Below are positions 17,660 through 27,120 of a stretch of 32,000 nucleotides of DNA, piece after piece. Source of the DNA: Synechococcus sp. A15-28. Lineage in GTDB: Bacteria; Cyanobacteriota; Cyanobacteriia; PCC-6307; Cyanobiaceae. Location: NCBI RefSeq assembly GCF_014280175.1, contig NZ_CP047931.1, forward strand, positions 1,710,001 through 1,742,000, in the 5' to 3' direction. The position numbers and the translations under genes are program-made. Positions within the stretch are counted from its first letter, which is position 1, and each line of letters opens with the position of its first letter. Under the pieces are notes generated by a model. It saw only the letters and a program-made list of their open reading frames with translations. It searched no databases and had not been told where the DNA came from.

Positions 17660-20098
17660 TCAACGTACCCACACCACACTGCAACCGACTCCGCCATCCC
17701 CCTGCTCCGCGTCGGTGACACGCTCGACGTAGGGAACCGTCTCCAGCCAGGCCCGCAGACCCCGCTTGAGCTTGCCGGTTCCAATGCCATGGATCACCCA
17801 CACCGGTCCCGTGGCCCCTCGCAGCTGTACCTCCACAGCGGCCTCCGCCTCGTGCACACGCATGCCGCGCACATCGAGCGTGTTCCGGCTGGTGCGCACC
17901 TGGGCCCCGGATCCGGGATTGGTCCGAGCCTTCACCTTCACCACCGGTTGGGGCGGCGGCTCCGGTTTGCGGCCATCCAGGCTTTCCACTCCCGAGAGCT
18001 CCACCGTGCTGCGCATCACGCCGCAGCGCACGGTGAGCTGACTGCCGTCGTCCGAAATCGCCAGCACCTCCGCCGCCTTGCCAAGGGCCAGAAGCCTGAT
18101 TCGCTCCCCTGGCACAGGTCGCCATCCCGGCAGGGGCTGGCGGCGCTCTTGTTCGGGGCGGTAACGGTTCTCCAGCCTGCGCAGGCGCTGTCCTGCCTGA
18201 CGTGCTGTTTCGCCATCAGCGCGGTCATCCCTCAGGCGCCGGATCAGGGATCTCACCTCCTTCTGCCCATCCCGGATCGAGCGTTCCAGCCGTTGGCGCC
18301 CCTGCTCCTGTCGCTCGGCCGACTGCTGTTTCTGTTTCTGCCATCGCTGGAGCAGTTCGTCGTGGAGCAGCTCCGTGCGGGCCAGCAGAGCTGCGGCATC
18401 CTCCGCCGCCGCCTGCTGACGCTGCCGCTGTTCCTCCAGACCACGAATCACGCTGTTCACCTCACCATCGGCCGCGGGTGCCAGCAACTGGCGTGCCTCG
18501 TCCAGCACGGCGGCATCAAGACCGAGCCGGCTGGCAATCGCCAGGGCATTGCTGCGACCAGGGATTCCCCAGAGCAGCTCATAGGTGGGGGACAGGGTCT
18601 CAGGGTTGAAGGCCACCGAGGCGTTCTCAAAGCGGGGATCGTTGTATTTGAGCGCCTTGAGTTCGCCGAAATGCGTGGTGGCGATGGTGAGCCGAGCACG
18701 ATCGGCCAGAGCCTTGAGCAGAGAGCTCGCCAGGGCCGTGCCCTCACTGGGGTCGGTCCCGGCCCCCACCTCATCGAGCAGCACCAGGGCTGGCGCGGGA
18801 CCGGACTGCAGCGCCTCCAGAATCCGCCCGATCCGCTTGATGTGACCGCTGAAGGTGGACAGGCTCTGTTGCAAAGACTGTTCATCGCCGATGTCCGCCA
18901 GCACCTGGGCACACCAGGGAAGAGTCGGCATCCCGGCACAGGGCAGCAGCAACCCCGCCCGGGCCATCAAGGACGCCAGACCGATGCTTTTGAGGGTCAC
19001 CGTTTTGCCGCCGGTGTTCGGACCGGTGATCGCCACCACCCGCAGGTCAGCGGACACCTCCATGGAGATCGGCACCACCGCGGGCCCGCCTGAACGCTTG
19101 TGCTGCCAGACCAGCAACGGATGCCGCAGGGTCTCAAAACGGAAGGGTGCTTGTGGGGAGGCCTCCAGGCGTGGAGCGGTACCGCCGAGGAAGCGGCCGT
19201 AACGGCCTCGGGCCAGGGCCAGATCCAGCTGCAGAAGGATCCTCACCAGTTGTGTGAGCACCGGGTGGTCCTCCGCCACGAGTGCGCTGAGCTCGCTCAG
19301 CACCTTGCGCTCCTCCTCCCGTATCCGCCCCTCCAGATCGGTCAGTCGATTGCCGATGCTGAGCACGGAACGGGGTTCAACGAACACCGTGCTGCCTGAG
19401 GCCGAACTGTCATGGACCTGACCTGGCACCTGTGCGACGGCACCAGCTTTGACAGCCAGCACCGGGCGTCCATGGCGTTGGGCAATCACGCTGTCCTGCA
19501 GGAAGGGAGCCAGACGTCGCAGCAGCTCCTGCAGCTTGTCGCGGCGGTCCTGGCGCAGGCCCTGCCATTGCTGACGCAATCCCGCCAGGGGGGCACTGGC
19601 CCGGTCGGCAATGCGACCGCCCTCCTCGATCGCGAACTTCAGCCGCTGCTCCAGCTCCGGCAAGGTCACCATCGTGTCGATCAGCGCCGAGCAGACGGGC
19701 CTGATGTCAGGCTCATCGATCTGACGGCGCAGGCGACGGGCTGCGGCCAGGGTCTCAGCCACCGCCAGCAGTTCCTCTCCCGAGGCCACGCCTCCTTTGC
19801 TGCAGCGCAGCAGCATGGGCGTCAGATCTCGGACCCCGCGAAAACTAATGCCGCCTTCGGTCAGGTCATCGAGCACCGCCATCTCCACGGTCTCCGTTTG
19901 CCGCTGCTTGCTTGCTTCAAGGCTGTCAGGCAGCACAAGCGAGCGAGCCGCATCACGACCCATACCGGTGGAGGCGAAGCTCGCCAGGTGGTCACAGACC
20001 CTGGGCCACTCGAGCAGCTCCAGGGTTTCCTGAACAGCCTGTTCGTTCCCCGTCGTGGGGTCAGCGACAGTTGGAGGGAATGCCACCGGGGGGTTCAT
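17660..20098 (-). CDS. mutS2: MutS2 family ATPase/endonuclease with Smr domain
   Basis: VVAITGPNTGGKTVTLKSIGLASLMARAG, LVLLDEVGAGTDPSEGTALA, C-terminal Smr LDVRGMRVHEAEAAVE...VIHGIGTGKLKRGLRAWL. Start chosen at MNPPVAF; track ORF extends to 20182. Confidence 0.95.
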   Translation of the reverse strand: MNPPVAFPPTVADPTTGNEQAVQETLELLEWPRVCDHLASFASTGMGRDAARSLVLPDSLEASKQRQTETVEMAVLDDLTEGGISFRGVRDLTPMLLRCSKGGVASGEELLAVAETLAAARRLRRQIDEPDIRPVCSALIDTMVTLPELEQRLKFAIEEGGRIADRASAPLAGLRQQWQGLRQDRRDKLQELLRRLAPFLQDSVIAQRHGRPVLAVKAGAVAQVPGQVHDSSASGSTVFVEPRSVLSIGNRLTDLEGRIREEERKVLSELSALVAEDHPVLTQLVRILLQLDLALARGRYGRFLGGTAPRLEASPQAPFRFETLRHPLLVWQHKRSGGPAVVPISMEVSADLRVVAITGPNTGGKTVTLKSIGLASLMARAGLLLPCAGMPTLPWCAQVLADIGDEQSLQQSLSTFSGHIKRIGRILEALQSGPAPALVLLDEVGAGTDPSEGTALASSLLKALADRARLTIATTHFGELKALKYNDPRFENASVAFNPETLSPTYELLWGIPGRSNALAIASRLGLDAAVLDEARQLLAPAADGEVNSVIRGLEEQRQRQQAAAEDAAALLARTELLHDELLQRWQKQKQQSAERQEQGRQRLERSIRDGQKEVRSLIRRLRDDRADGETARQAGQRLRRLENRYRPEQERRQPLPGWRPVPGERIRLLALGKAAEVLAISDDGSQLTVRCGVMRSTVELSGVESLDGRKPEPPPQPVVKVKARTNPGSGAQVRTSRNTLDVRGMRVHEAEAAVEVQLRGATGPVWVIHGIGTGKLKRGLRAWLETVPYVERVTDAEQGDGGVGCSVVWVR

Positions 20099-20441
20099 AG
20101 AGCATTTCCAGCCAATTGCCTTCGGGATCTTTGAGGTAAAAGGATGCGGTGCCGTCCCGGTGATCGTGCACAGCACCGACATGCACGCCCTCGGACTTCA
20201 AACGATCGTGCACGCGATCCACATCAGCACGGTCCTTGAAGTGAAAGGCGAAGTGGGGGCCGGCAGCCTTGTACCCCGGTCCGAGCAATGCCAGGCCGTC
20301 CCGGCCCTCACCAGCCTCCAGGTAGCACCAATCATCGGCTTTCCAGACGAGGTGCATCCCGAGGCCCTCGTAAAACGCGACGGCTCGGGCCACATCCTGG
20401 ACGCGGATGGCGACGTGACCAAGACGATCAACCGTTGTCAT
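20061..20441 (-). CDS. VOC (glyoxalase-like) family protein
   Basis: MTTVDRLGHVAIRVQDVARAVAFYEGLGMHLVW...ADVDRVHDRLKSEGV...ASFYLKDPEGNWLEMLYEP; 3' end overlaps the mutS2 start region. Confidence 0.85.
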   Translation of the reverse strand: MTTVDRLGHVAIRVQDVARAVAFYEGLGMHLVWKADDWCYLEAGEGRDGLALLGPGYKAAGPHFAFHFKDRADVDRVHDRLKSEGVHVGAVHDHRDGTASFYLKDPEGNWLEMLYEPPGGIPSNCR

Positions 20442-20490
20442 CTGCAGCCGGCGACAGTGTGCATTCTGAAGTGTTGAACGGCCGGATCGC

Positions 20491-21492
20491 TCAGCCCTGG
20501 CGCAGCCATTCAGCAGCATCACAGGCGTGATACGTGAGGATCAGATCAGCACCAGCCCGCTTGAAGCTCAGCAGCGTTTCCAGCACCACGGCCCGCTCAT
20601 CGATCCAACCGCGTTCAGCAGCAGCTTTCACCATCGAATACTCACCACTCACGTTGTAAGCGGCGATCGGCAGCTCCGTCTCCTCGCGCAGACGATGAAT
20701 GATGTCCAGGTAGGCCAAACCTGGCTTCACCATCATGATGTCGGCGCCTTCCTGCTCATCCAGCTGGGCTTCGGTGATGGCTTCCCGGGCATTGGCGGGA
20801 TCCATCTGATAGGTGTCTTTGTTGGTGGGAATCGGCTTGCTGCCCGCCGCACGGGGGGCTGAATCCAAAGCTTCACGGAATGGCCCGTAGTAAGCCGAGG
20901 AGTACTTGGCGGTGTAACTGATGATGCCGACGTGCTCGAAGCCTTCGTCGTCCAGGGCTTCACGGATGGCCCCAACACGGCCGTCCATCATGTCGCTGGG
21001 GCCGATCAGATCGGCACCGGCTTCGGCCTGAACCACAGCCTGTTTGCAGAGCAACTCGATCGTTTCATCATTGAGCACGACTCCCTCAGAGCTGACGATG
21101 CCGTCGTGGCCATCACAGGAATAGGGGTCCAGCGCCACGTCGGTCATGATCGCCATCTCGGGGATGGCTTCCTTGATCTGGCGGATGGCTCTGGGAATCA
21201 GGCCATTGGGGTTGAAGCACTCAGCGCCATCCTCAGTTTTCAGGCCTTCAGCGACCTTGGGGAAAAGGACGATGCAACGCACCCCAAGGTCCCAGGCGCG
21301 CTGAACTTCCCCGGTCAGGGCCGCCAGGCTCCAGCGGCTTGCCCCTGGCATGGCACCAATGGGTTCCACATCCGCACCCTCCTGGACGAATAACGGATAG
21401 ATGAAATCAGCTGCAGACAGATGATGCTCACGCACCATGGCGCGTAGGGCGGGCGTACGCCGCAGACGTCGGGGGCGGTAGGTGAGCTCCAT
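20491..21492 (-). CDS. hemB: Delta-aminolevulinic acid dehydratase (porphobilinogen synthase)
   Basis: 333 aa; RPRRLRRTPALRAMVREHHLSAADFIYPLFVQEG, MTDVALDPYSCDGHDGIV, MMVKPGLAYLDII. Confidence 0.97.
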   Translation of the reverse strand: MELTYRPRRLRRTPALRAMVREHHLSAADFIYPLFVQEGADVEPIGAMPGASRWSLAALTGEVQRAWDLGVRCIVLFPKVAEGLKTEDGAECFNPNGLIPRAIRQIKEAIPEMAIMTDVALDPYSCDGHDGIVSSEGVVLNDETIELLCKQAVVQAEAGADLIGPSDMMDGRVGAIREALDDEGFEHVGIISYTAKYSSAYYGPFREALDSAPRAAGSKPIPTNKDTYQMDPANAREAITEAQLDEQEGADIMMVKPGLAYLDIIHRLREETELPIAAYNVSGEYSMVKAAAERGWIDERAVVLETLLSFKRAGADLILTYHACDAAEWLRQG

Positions 21493-21531
21493 CGGGATCT
21501 TGATCCAGGCGGAGATCGTACGGCTGAAGCC

Positions 21532-22503
21532 TCAGAAAGCTGCAGAGCGCAACCAGTCGTGACGTGGATTCTCGGAGCGTTGCTCACGCAACTTGTTGAG
21601 CAACGCTTGTTCCTCTGCACTCCAAGTGGAGGGCATCCTCAGGGCAAGCGTCAACAACAGATCCCCGCGCCGTCCTTTCAGCGGCCAGCCCTTTTCTTTC
21701 AGGCGCAGGCTGCGGCCGGGAGCCGTCCCAGCGGGAATGGCAACCTGTGCTTCGCCATCGGGGGTCATCACCGTGACGGTGGCCCCAAGGGCCAGCTCAT
21801 CAATGCTGACGGGAAGATCCGCCTGGAGTTGATCTCCATCCAGCCTCCAGACCGGATGCTCCTTCACGTTGAGGTTGAGATAGAGATCCCCTCGGCGGCC
21901 GGTTCCCGGCTGCAGATTGCCCTTCCCTTTCAGCCGCAGGCGCGAGCCGTTCTTCACCCCAGCAGGAATGCGCACCTGCACCCGTTCGTTGTTAACGGAG
22001 AGAGCACGTTCACCACCTCGGAACGCCTCAGCAAACGAAACGCTCACGGAGGCTTCCGCGTCCAGATTCACTGGGTTGCGGGGGGAGGCATTACCCCGTG
22101 GAAAGCCACTGCCTGCAAAACCACCACCGGGGAAACCACTGCCCTGAAAGCCGCCACCGGCGCCGGGTCCGCCGAAACGGCCGAGCAGATCATTAATGAA
22201 ATCGTCAAAATTTCCGTACCGACCGAAGTCCACATCCATACCAGGCCCCGCAGCCCCTGAAGCTCCGGCCTGGTTCCAGTACTGACCGAATTGTTCGTAA
22301 CGACGACGCTTTTCGGGATCAGACAACACCTCATAGGCCTCACTGATCTCTTTGAAGCGTGCTTCAGCGCTGGCATCTCCCGGGTTCACATCCGGGTGGT
22401 ACTGACGGGCAAGTTTGCGGAAGGCGCGCTTCACCGCGTCGCTATCGGCACTGCGGTCGACCCCCAGCACCTGGAAATAATCCTTGTAACCGCTTCCCGC
22501 CAT
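21532..22503 (-). CDS. CbpA-like DnaJ-domain protein
   Basis: 323 aa; J domain DYFQVLGVDRSADSDAVKRAFRKLARQYHPDVNPGD with HPD; Gly/Phe-rich linker GGGFQGSGFPGGGF; two C-terminal substrate domains; no zinc-finger. Confidence 0.88.
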   Translation of the reverse strand: MAGSGYKDYFQVLGVDRSADSDAVKRAFRKLARQYHPDVNPGDASAEARFKEISEAYEVLSDPEKRRRYEQFGQYWNQAGASGAAGPGMDVDFGRYGNFDDFINDLLGRFGGPGAGGGFQGSGFPGGGFAGSGFPRGNASPRNPVNLDAEASVSVSFAEAFRGGERALSVNNERVQVRIPAGVKNGSRLRLKGKGNLQPGTGRRGDLYLNLNVKEHPVWRLDGDQLQADLPVSIDELALGATVTVMTPDGEAQVAIPAGTAPGRSLRLKEKGWPLKGRRGDLLLTLALRMPSTWSAEEQALLNKLREQRSENPRHDWLRSAAF

Positions 22504-22619
22504 GGTTTTTGAGACCTAATGACCAGTCTCTCAAGCAACAGTTCATCCGTGTGGGTTCCCCATGGAGGGAAGCCCGAACGGGATGCCAGCACTAGCGTTT
22601 TCATAAGTCATCTCGAAGA

Positions 22620-23027
22620 ATGATGCGGTGGAGCCTGGCGGGCGGAGTTGCAGCTCTCGGACTCCATTTCGGTGTCCTCAGCTCACCGGTGATCGCCCAG
22701 CAATGGACCGGCAACATCAAGCAGCCGCAACAGGCTTCAACCACCCAGGCCCTCAACCTTTCTGAGCATCTGAGCAGAATCGGGGCCAGGTTTTACGGGG
22801 CCTGGACCTGCCCCGCCTGTGTTCGCCAGATGGAGCTCTTTGGCAAGCAAGCGGCTGTTCTGGTTCCTTATGTGGAGTGCAGGATGCCGGAACAACGTCC
22901 GAAGGAAGCAGCTGCCTGCCGCGAGGCGGAGGTACGGGCCTATCCCACCTGGTTGTTGCCCAGCGGACAACGGCGCGAGGGGGTTCAGTCGATCAGCGAA
23001 CTGAGCCGTTGGAGCGGTCTCGACTGA
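22620..23027 (+). CDS. Exported thioredoxin-fold protein with CPAC motif
   Basis: 135 aa; signal peptide LAGGVAALGLHFGVLSSPVIAQQ; IGARFYGAWTCPACVRQMELFG...VECRMPEQRPKEAAACREAEVRAYPTWLL resembles Trx domains of VKOR-fused proteins. Confidence 0.78.
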   Translation: MMRWSLAGGVAALGLHFGVLSSPVIAQQWTGNIKQPQQASTTQALNLSEHLSRIGARFYGAWTCPACVRQMELFGKQAAVLVPYVECRMPEQRPKEAAACREAEVRAYPTWLLPSGQRREGVQSISELSRWSGLD

Positions 23028-23030
23028 ACC

Positions 23031-24710
23031 ATGGCACTGATTCACGGCTTGCACACCCGCAATCTGCGAGGGGATTTACTGGGGGGACTGACCGCAGCCG
23101 TGGTGGCCTTGCCTCTGGCCCTCGCTTTCGGCAATGCGGCTCTAGGGCCAGGTGGAGCCATCTACGGCCTTTACGGTGCAATCGTCACGGGATTTGTGGC
23201 AGCCCTGCTCGGGGGGACGCCTGCCCAGGTGAGCGGGCCGACAGGTCCGATGAGCGTCACGGTGGCTGGGGTGGTCTCCAGCCTGGCCGCCGTTGGTGTT
23301 TCTTCAGACCTCTCGGCCGGAGAAATGTTGCCGTTGGTCATGGCTTCAGTCGCGATCGGCGGCATCTTCGAGGCACTGCTGGGAGTGCTTCGTCTGGGGC
23401 GCTTCATCACCCTGGTGCCCTATTCGGTGGTTTCGGGATTCATGTCCGGCATCGGCTTCATCATCCTGATCCTGCAAATCGGCCCCTTCATCGGTGTAAC
23501 CACAACAGGAGGAGTCGTCGGCTGTCTGACCACAATGGCTGAGTTGCCATTGCCAAACCTTGCGGCGTTGAGCATCGGCGTCATGACCCTTGCGGTGGTC
23601 TTCCTGACACCGGCACGGATCCGTCAATGGGTCCCATCCCCACTGTTGGCCCTGCTGATCGTGACTCCGTTGTCGCTGTTGCTGTTCAACGACGACCGGT
23701 TGCAGTCGTTGGGATTGGAACCGCTGAACCGCATCGGCGCCATTCCTGAAGGAGGGCTCCGATTCGTGATGCCGAACTTCAGTCAACATCTGCCGGAACT
23801 GATCAAGGCCGGTCTGGTGCTGGCATTGCTTGGAGCGATCGACTCGTTGTTGACTTCGCTGGTGGCCGACAACATCACCCAGACAAACCATGACTCCAAC
23901 CGAGAGCTGATCGGTCAGGGAATCGCGAACACCCTCTCAGGACTGCTTTCGGGCCTTCCCGGTGCTGGAGCCACGATGCGAACAGTCATCAACATCAAAT
24001 CAGGAGGAGCGACGCCTCTTTCCGGCATGACGCACTCCCTGGTGTTGTTGCTGGTGCTTCTTGGGGCAGGGGCATTCGCCGCCGAGATCCCGACAGCACT
24101 GCTGGCAGGAATTCTGATCAAGGTGGGGCTCGACATCATCGACTGGGGCTTTCTGCTCAGGGCCCATCGCCTTTCAGTCAAAACGGCTGCCCTGATGTAC
24201 GCCGTGATGTTGATGACCGTCTTCTGGGATCTGATCTGGGGGGTGTTGGTGGGAATGTTCGTCGCCAATCTGCTGACGGTGGATGCCATCACGCAGACCC
24301 AGCTGCAAGGGATGGACGAGGACAACCCTCACAAGGGGGACAAGCTCCAGATCGAAAACCTCAGTGAACAGGAGCGGAGGCTGATGGAGTGCTGTGGTGG
24401 GCAACTGATGTTGTTTCGGTTGCGAGGTCCACTGAGCTTTGGTGCCGCCAAGGGGATCAGCGCTCGCATGGGGCTTGTGAGCAACTATCAGGTACTCATC
24501 CTGGACATCACGGACGTGCCACGGATGGGCGTTACCGCAGCTCTGGCCATCGAACGGATGGTTCAGGAAGCCCAAATGCTCGGACGCGTGGCCTTTGTCG
24601 CGGGCGCAAACCAACGTCTGAAGAAACGCTTGGGGCGCTTTGGCGTCACCGGCGTAGTGACGGACAGGCTGGATGCACTTCAACGGGCCAGGGACCACCT
24701 GCAAGAGTAA
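23031..24710 (+). CDS. SulP family transporter with C-terminal STAS domain, BicA-like
   Basis: 559 aa; RNLRGDLLGGLTAAVVALPLALAFG, PTGPMSVTVAGV, FMSGIGFIILILQIGPFIG, IDSLLTSLVADNITQTNHDSNRELIGQGIAN resembling cyanobacterial BicA; substrate not provable from sequence. Confidence 0.88.
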   Translation: MALIHGLHTRNLRGDLLGGLTAAVVALPLALAFGNAALGPGGAIYGLYGAIVTGFVAALLGGTPAQVSGPTGPMSVTVAGVVSSLAAVGVSSDLSAGEMLPLVMASVAIGGIFEALLGVLRLGRFITLVPYSVVSGFMSGIGFIILILQIGPFIGVTTTGGVVGCLTTMAELPLPNLAALSIGVMTLAVVFLTPARIRQWVPSPLLALLIVTPLSLLLFNDDRLQSLGLEPLNRIGAIPEGGLRFVMPNFSQHLPELIKAGLVLALLGAIDSLLTSLVADNITQTNHDSNRELIGQGIANTLSGLLSGLPGAGATMRTVINIKSGGATPLSGMTHSLVLLLVLLGAGAFAAEIPTALLAGILIKVGLDIIDWGFLLRAHRLSVKTAALMYAVMLMTVFWDLIWGVLVGMFVANLLTVDAITQTQLQGMDEDNPHKGDKLQIENLSEQERRLMECCGGQLMLFRLRGPLSFGAAKGISARMGLVSNYQVLILDITDVPRMGVTAALAIERMVQEAQMLGRVAFVAGANQRLKKRLGRFGVTGVVTDRLDALQRARDHLQE

Positions 24711-24892
24711 GCGATTCGCTACAGCCAAAGCAATTTTTGTCAAGCATTATCTGCAAGGGCTCACATCAAAAACCTGCTCGTCCTGAACACCCCAAACACT
24801 GCTAGAGAAGGAATGCTTGCGACGAACGCGTCGGCCAAGCCTTACGAAGTAAATCAATAATCCGCGGAACATTCTCTGCATCGATTCAACTC

Positions 24893-27066
24893 ATGACGAT
24901 CAGCGCACCTCCTGCACTCGCTTCACTACGAGGTAACCCGCTTGAGCCGCAAGGGACTCCCTTTCGTCGCTTCATAGGTTCTCCTCACCCCTTCGGGAGC
25001 ACAGTTGAATCTGAAGGAGTCAACTTCTCTCTTTACAGCAGCAGCGCAACAAGTGTTCAACTGCTGATCTTCACCAAACCAGACGATCTTGAGCCTTCAA
25101 AGGTCATCGATCTAGATAGAAACAATAATAGAAGCTTCAACATTTGGCATACCTTCATTGAGGGGGTGAAGCCGGGCATGGGTTATGCCTACCGCGTCGA
25201 CGGCCCTCGAGAGCCCTGGAACGGCAATCGTTTTGATCCCGACAAGGTTTTGGTGGATCCATATTCCAAGGGGAACAGTTTTGCGCGTTGGGATCGGGGA
25301 GCTGCCTGCACGCCCGGCGACAATCTGCACAAATCAATGCGCAGTGTTGTTATCGACACCAACAACTACGACTGGGAAGGGGACCAACCACTGAAAAAAC
25401 CAATGGCTGAGACCATTGTTTATGAGATGCACGTCGGTGGCTTCACAAAAAGCCCCACGAGTGGCGTTAAACATCCCGGAACTTATCTTGGCCTGATTGA
25501 GAAAATCCCCTATCTCAAGGAACTGGGAATAACGGCCGTTGAGCTGCTGCCTGTTTGCAGTTTCGACCACACCGATATCACCAAGGTCCACGAAGGACGC
25601 AAATTGGTGAATTACTGGGGCTACAGCACTATGGGATACTTTGCCCCCCATCAAGGATATTGCGTCAACCCAGACACAAGTCAACATATCAATGAATTCC
25701 GAGACATGGTAAAGGCCCTGCATCAAGCAGGAATCGAAGTCATCCTGGACGTTGTATACAACCACACAGACGAAGGCAATCATCAAGGTCCAACATTTAG
25801 CTTCAAAGGGATCGACAACTCTTCGTATTACTACCTCACTGGACCGGATGGATCTCGTGAGTTTTACTATGACTACACAGGTTGCGGAAACACCTTTAAC
25901 TGCAATCACCCTGTTGGAGAAAAACTGATCATCGACTCCCTTCGATTCTGGGTCGAAGAGATGCATGTTGACGGCTTCCGTTTTGATGAAGGGTCGGTGT
26001 TGAGTCGAGGGGAAGATGGAGTTCCACTGGAGCATCCTCCAGTCATCTGGGCGATTGAACTCGACGATTTGCTCGGTCAATCCAAAGTGATCGCTGAGGC
26101 TTGGGATGCTGCTGGCTTGTACCAAATCGGCTCCTTCCCTGGAGCTCGTTGGGCCGAGTGGAATGGAAAATACCGAGATTGCATCAGGAATTTCATCAAG
26201 GGGGAGCCAGGAATCATTGGAGAAGTTGCAGGACGAATCACAGGAAGTGCCGATCTGTATCAGGGTCGTCACCACGAACCAACGAACAGCGTCAACTTCG
26301 TTACTGCTCATGATGGCTTCACCTTGTATGACCTGACGGCGTACAAAGAAAAACACAACTGGGCAAACGGCGAGGGAAACAATGACGGAATTGACGACAA
26401 CGTCAGCTGGAATTGTGGCGCTGAGGGCGAAACAAACGATCAATGGATCAATGGATCAATGATCTTCGCAAACGCCAGGTCAAGAATTTCGCAACCATCC
26501 ACATGCTTTCAATCGGTGTTCCGATGATCGTTGCGGGAGATGAATTTATGCGCAGTCAGGGTGGCAATAACAACACTTATTGCCATGACAACGAAATCAA
26601 TTGGTTTGATTGGAACAAGATACAGCAGCCTGAACGACAAGAGATGATTCGATTCTGGTCCATGATCATGGACAAGAGAAGGAGATATATTGATCATTTC
26701 AAAGGTAAATATTTCGAAGGCAAGCAAAATCGGTTTGGCCTATATGACGTTTCTTGGCATGGCACCAAATTAAATAGTCCTGGCTGGGACGATCCCAATG
26801 CGCTGTGCCTTGGCATGACACTTGGAGATACAGCAGAAGACACAGACCAAACACTCAATATCCACGTCATGTTCAACATGTACTGGGACGGTGTCGAGTT
26901 CGAGATACCTCAGGCTTCTGACCTGAGGTGGTATCGAGCCATCGATACTGCCCTTCCAACACCAAATGACATCCAACCTCCTGAACAACAAGTTGCCATT
27001 GATGGCAACACATATCTCGTAACTGGAAGAAGTATTGTTGTTCTCGCTTCGCGAGAAACAAACTGA
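24893..27066 (+). pseudogene. GlgX/isoamylase-type debranching enzyme (GH13), frameshifted at 26438-26461
   Basis: ORF 24893-26527 has the N-terminal GH13 domain (YRVDGP, GFRFDEGSVL, VIAEAWD, FVTAHDGFTLYDL). ORF 26443-27066 carries the rest (KRQVKNFATIHMLSIGVPMIVAGDEF...GNNNTYCHDNEINWFDW). Removing one 8-bp repeat copy gives one continuous 722-codon ORF. Confidence 0.88.
26438..26461 (+). repeat. Three perfect tandem copies of 8-bp GATCAATG
   Basis: gatcaatg gatcaatg gatcaatg read directly, spanning the frame break. Confidence 0.95.
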
Positions 27067-27120
27067 ATTCCCTAGCAATTCTGCCACAATAACAATTCCA
27101 CAATTTCCACATTCCAAGTC

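Noticed and set aside
17549-19093. 514-aa plus-strand ORF opposite mutS2
   Set aside because: Antisense artefact of high-GC codon usage; His/Gln/Arg-rich low-plausibility protein while mutS2 motifs are clear.
20061-20098. 38-bp overlap of the VOC gene and mutS2 as a fusion
   Set aside because: Different frames with a clear VOC stop; most likely the mutS2 start is further downstream or the overlap is ordinary.
25334-26443. 369-aa minus-strand ORF opposite the debranching enzyme gene
   Set aside because: Strong GH13 motifs on the plus strand; reverse frame has no recognisable features.
26101-26461. Idea of programmed ribosomal frameshifting in the GlgX-like gene
   Set aside because: No slippery heptamer or pseudoknot evident at the break, and an 8-bp tandem repeat unit gives a simpler explanation.
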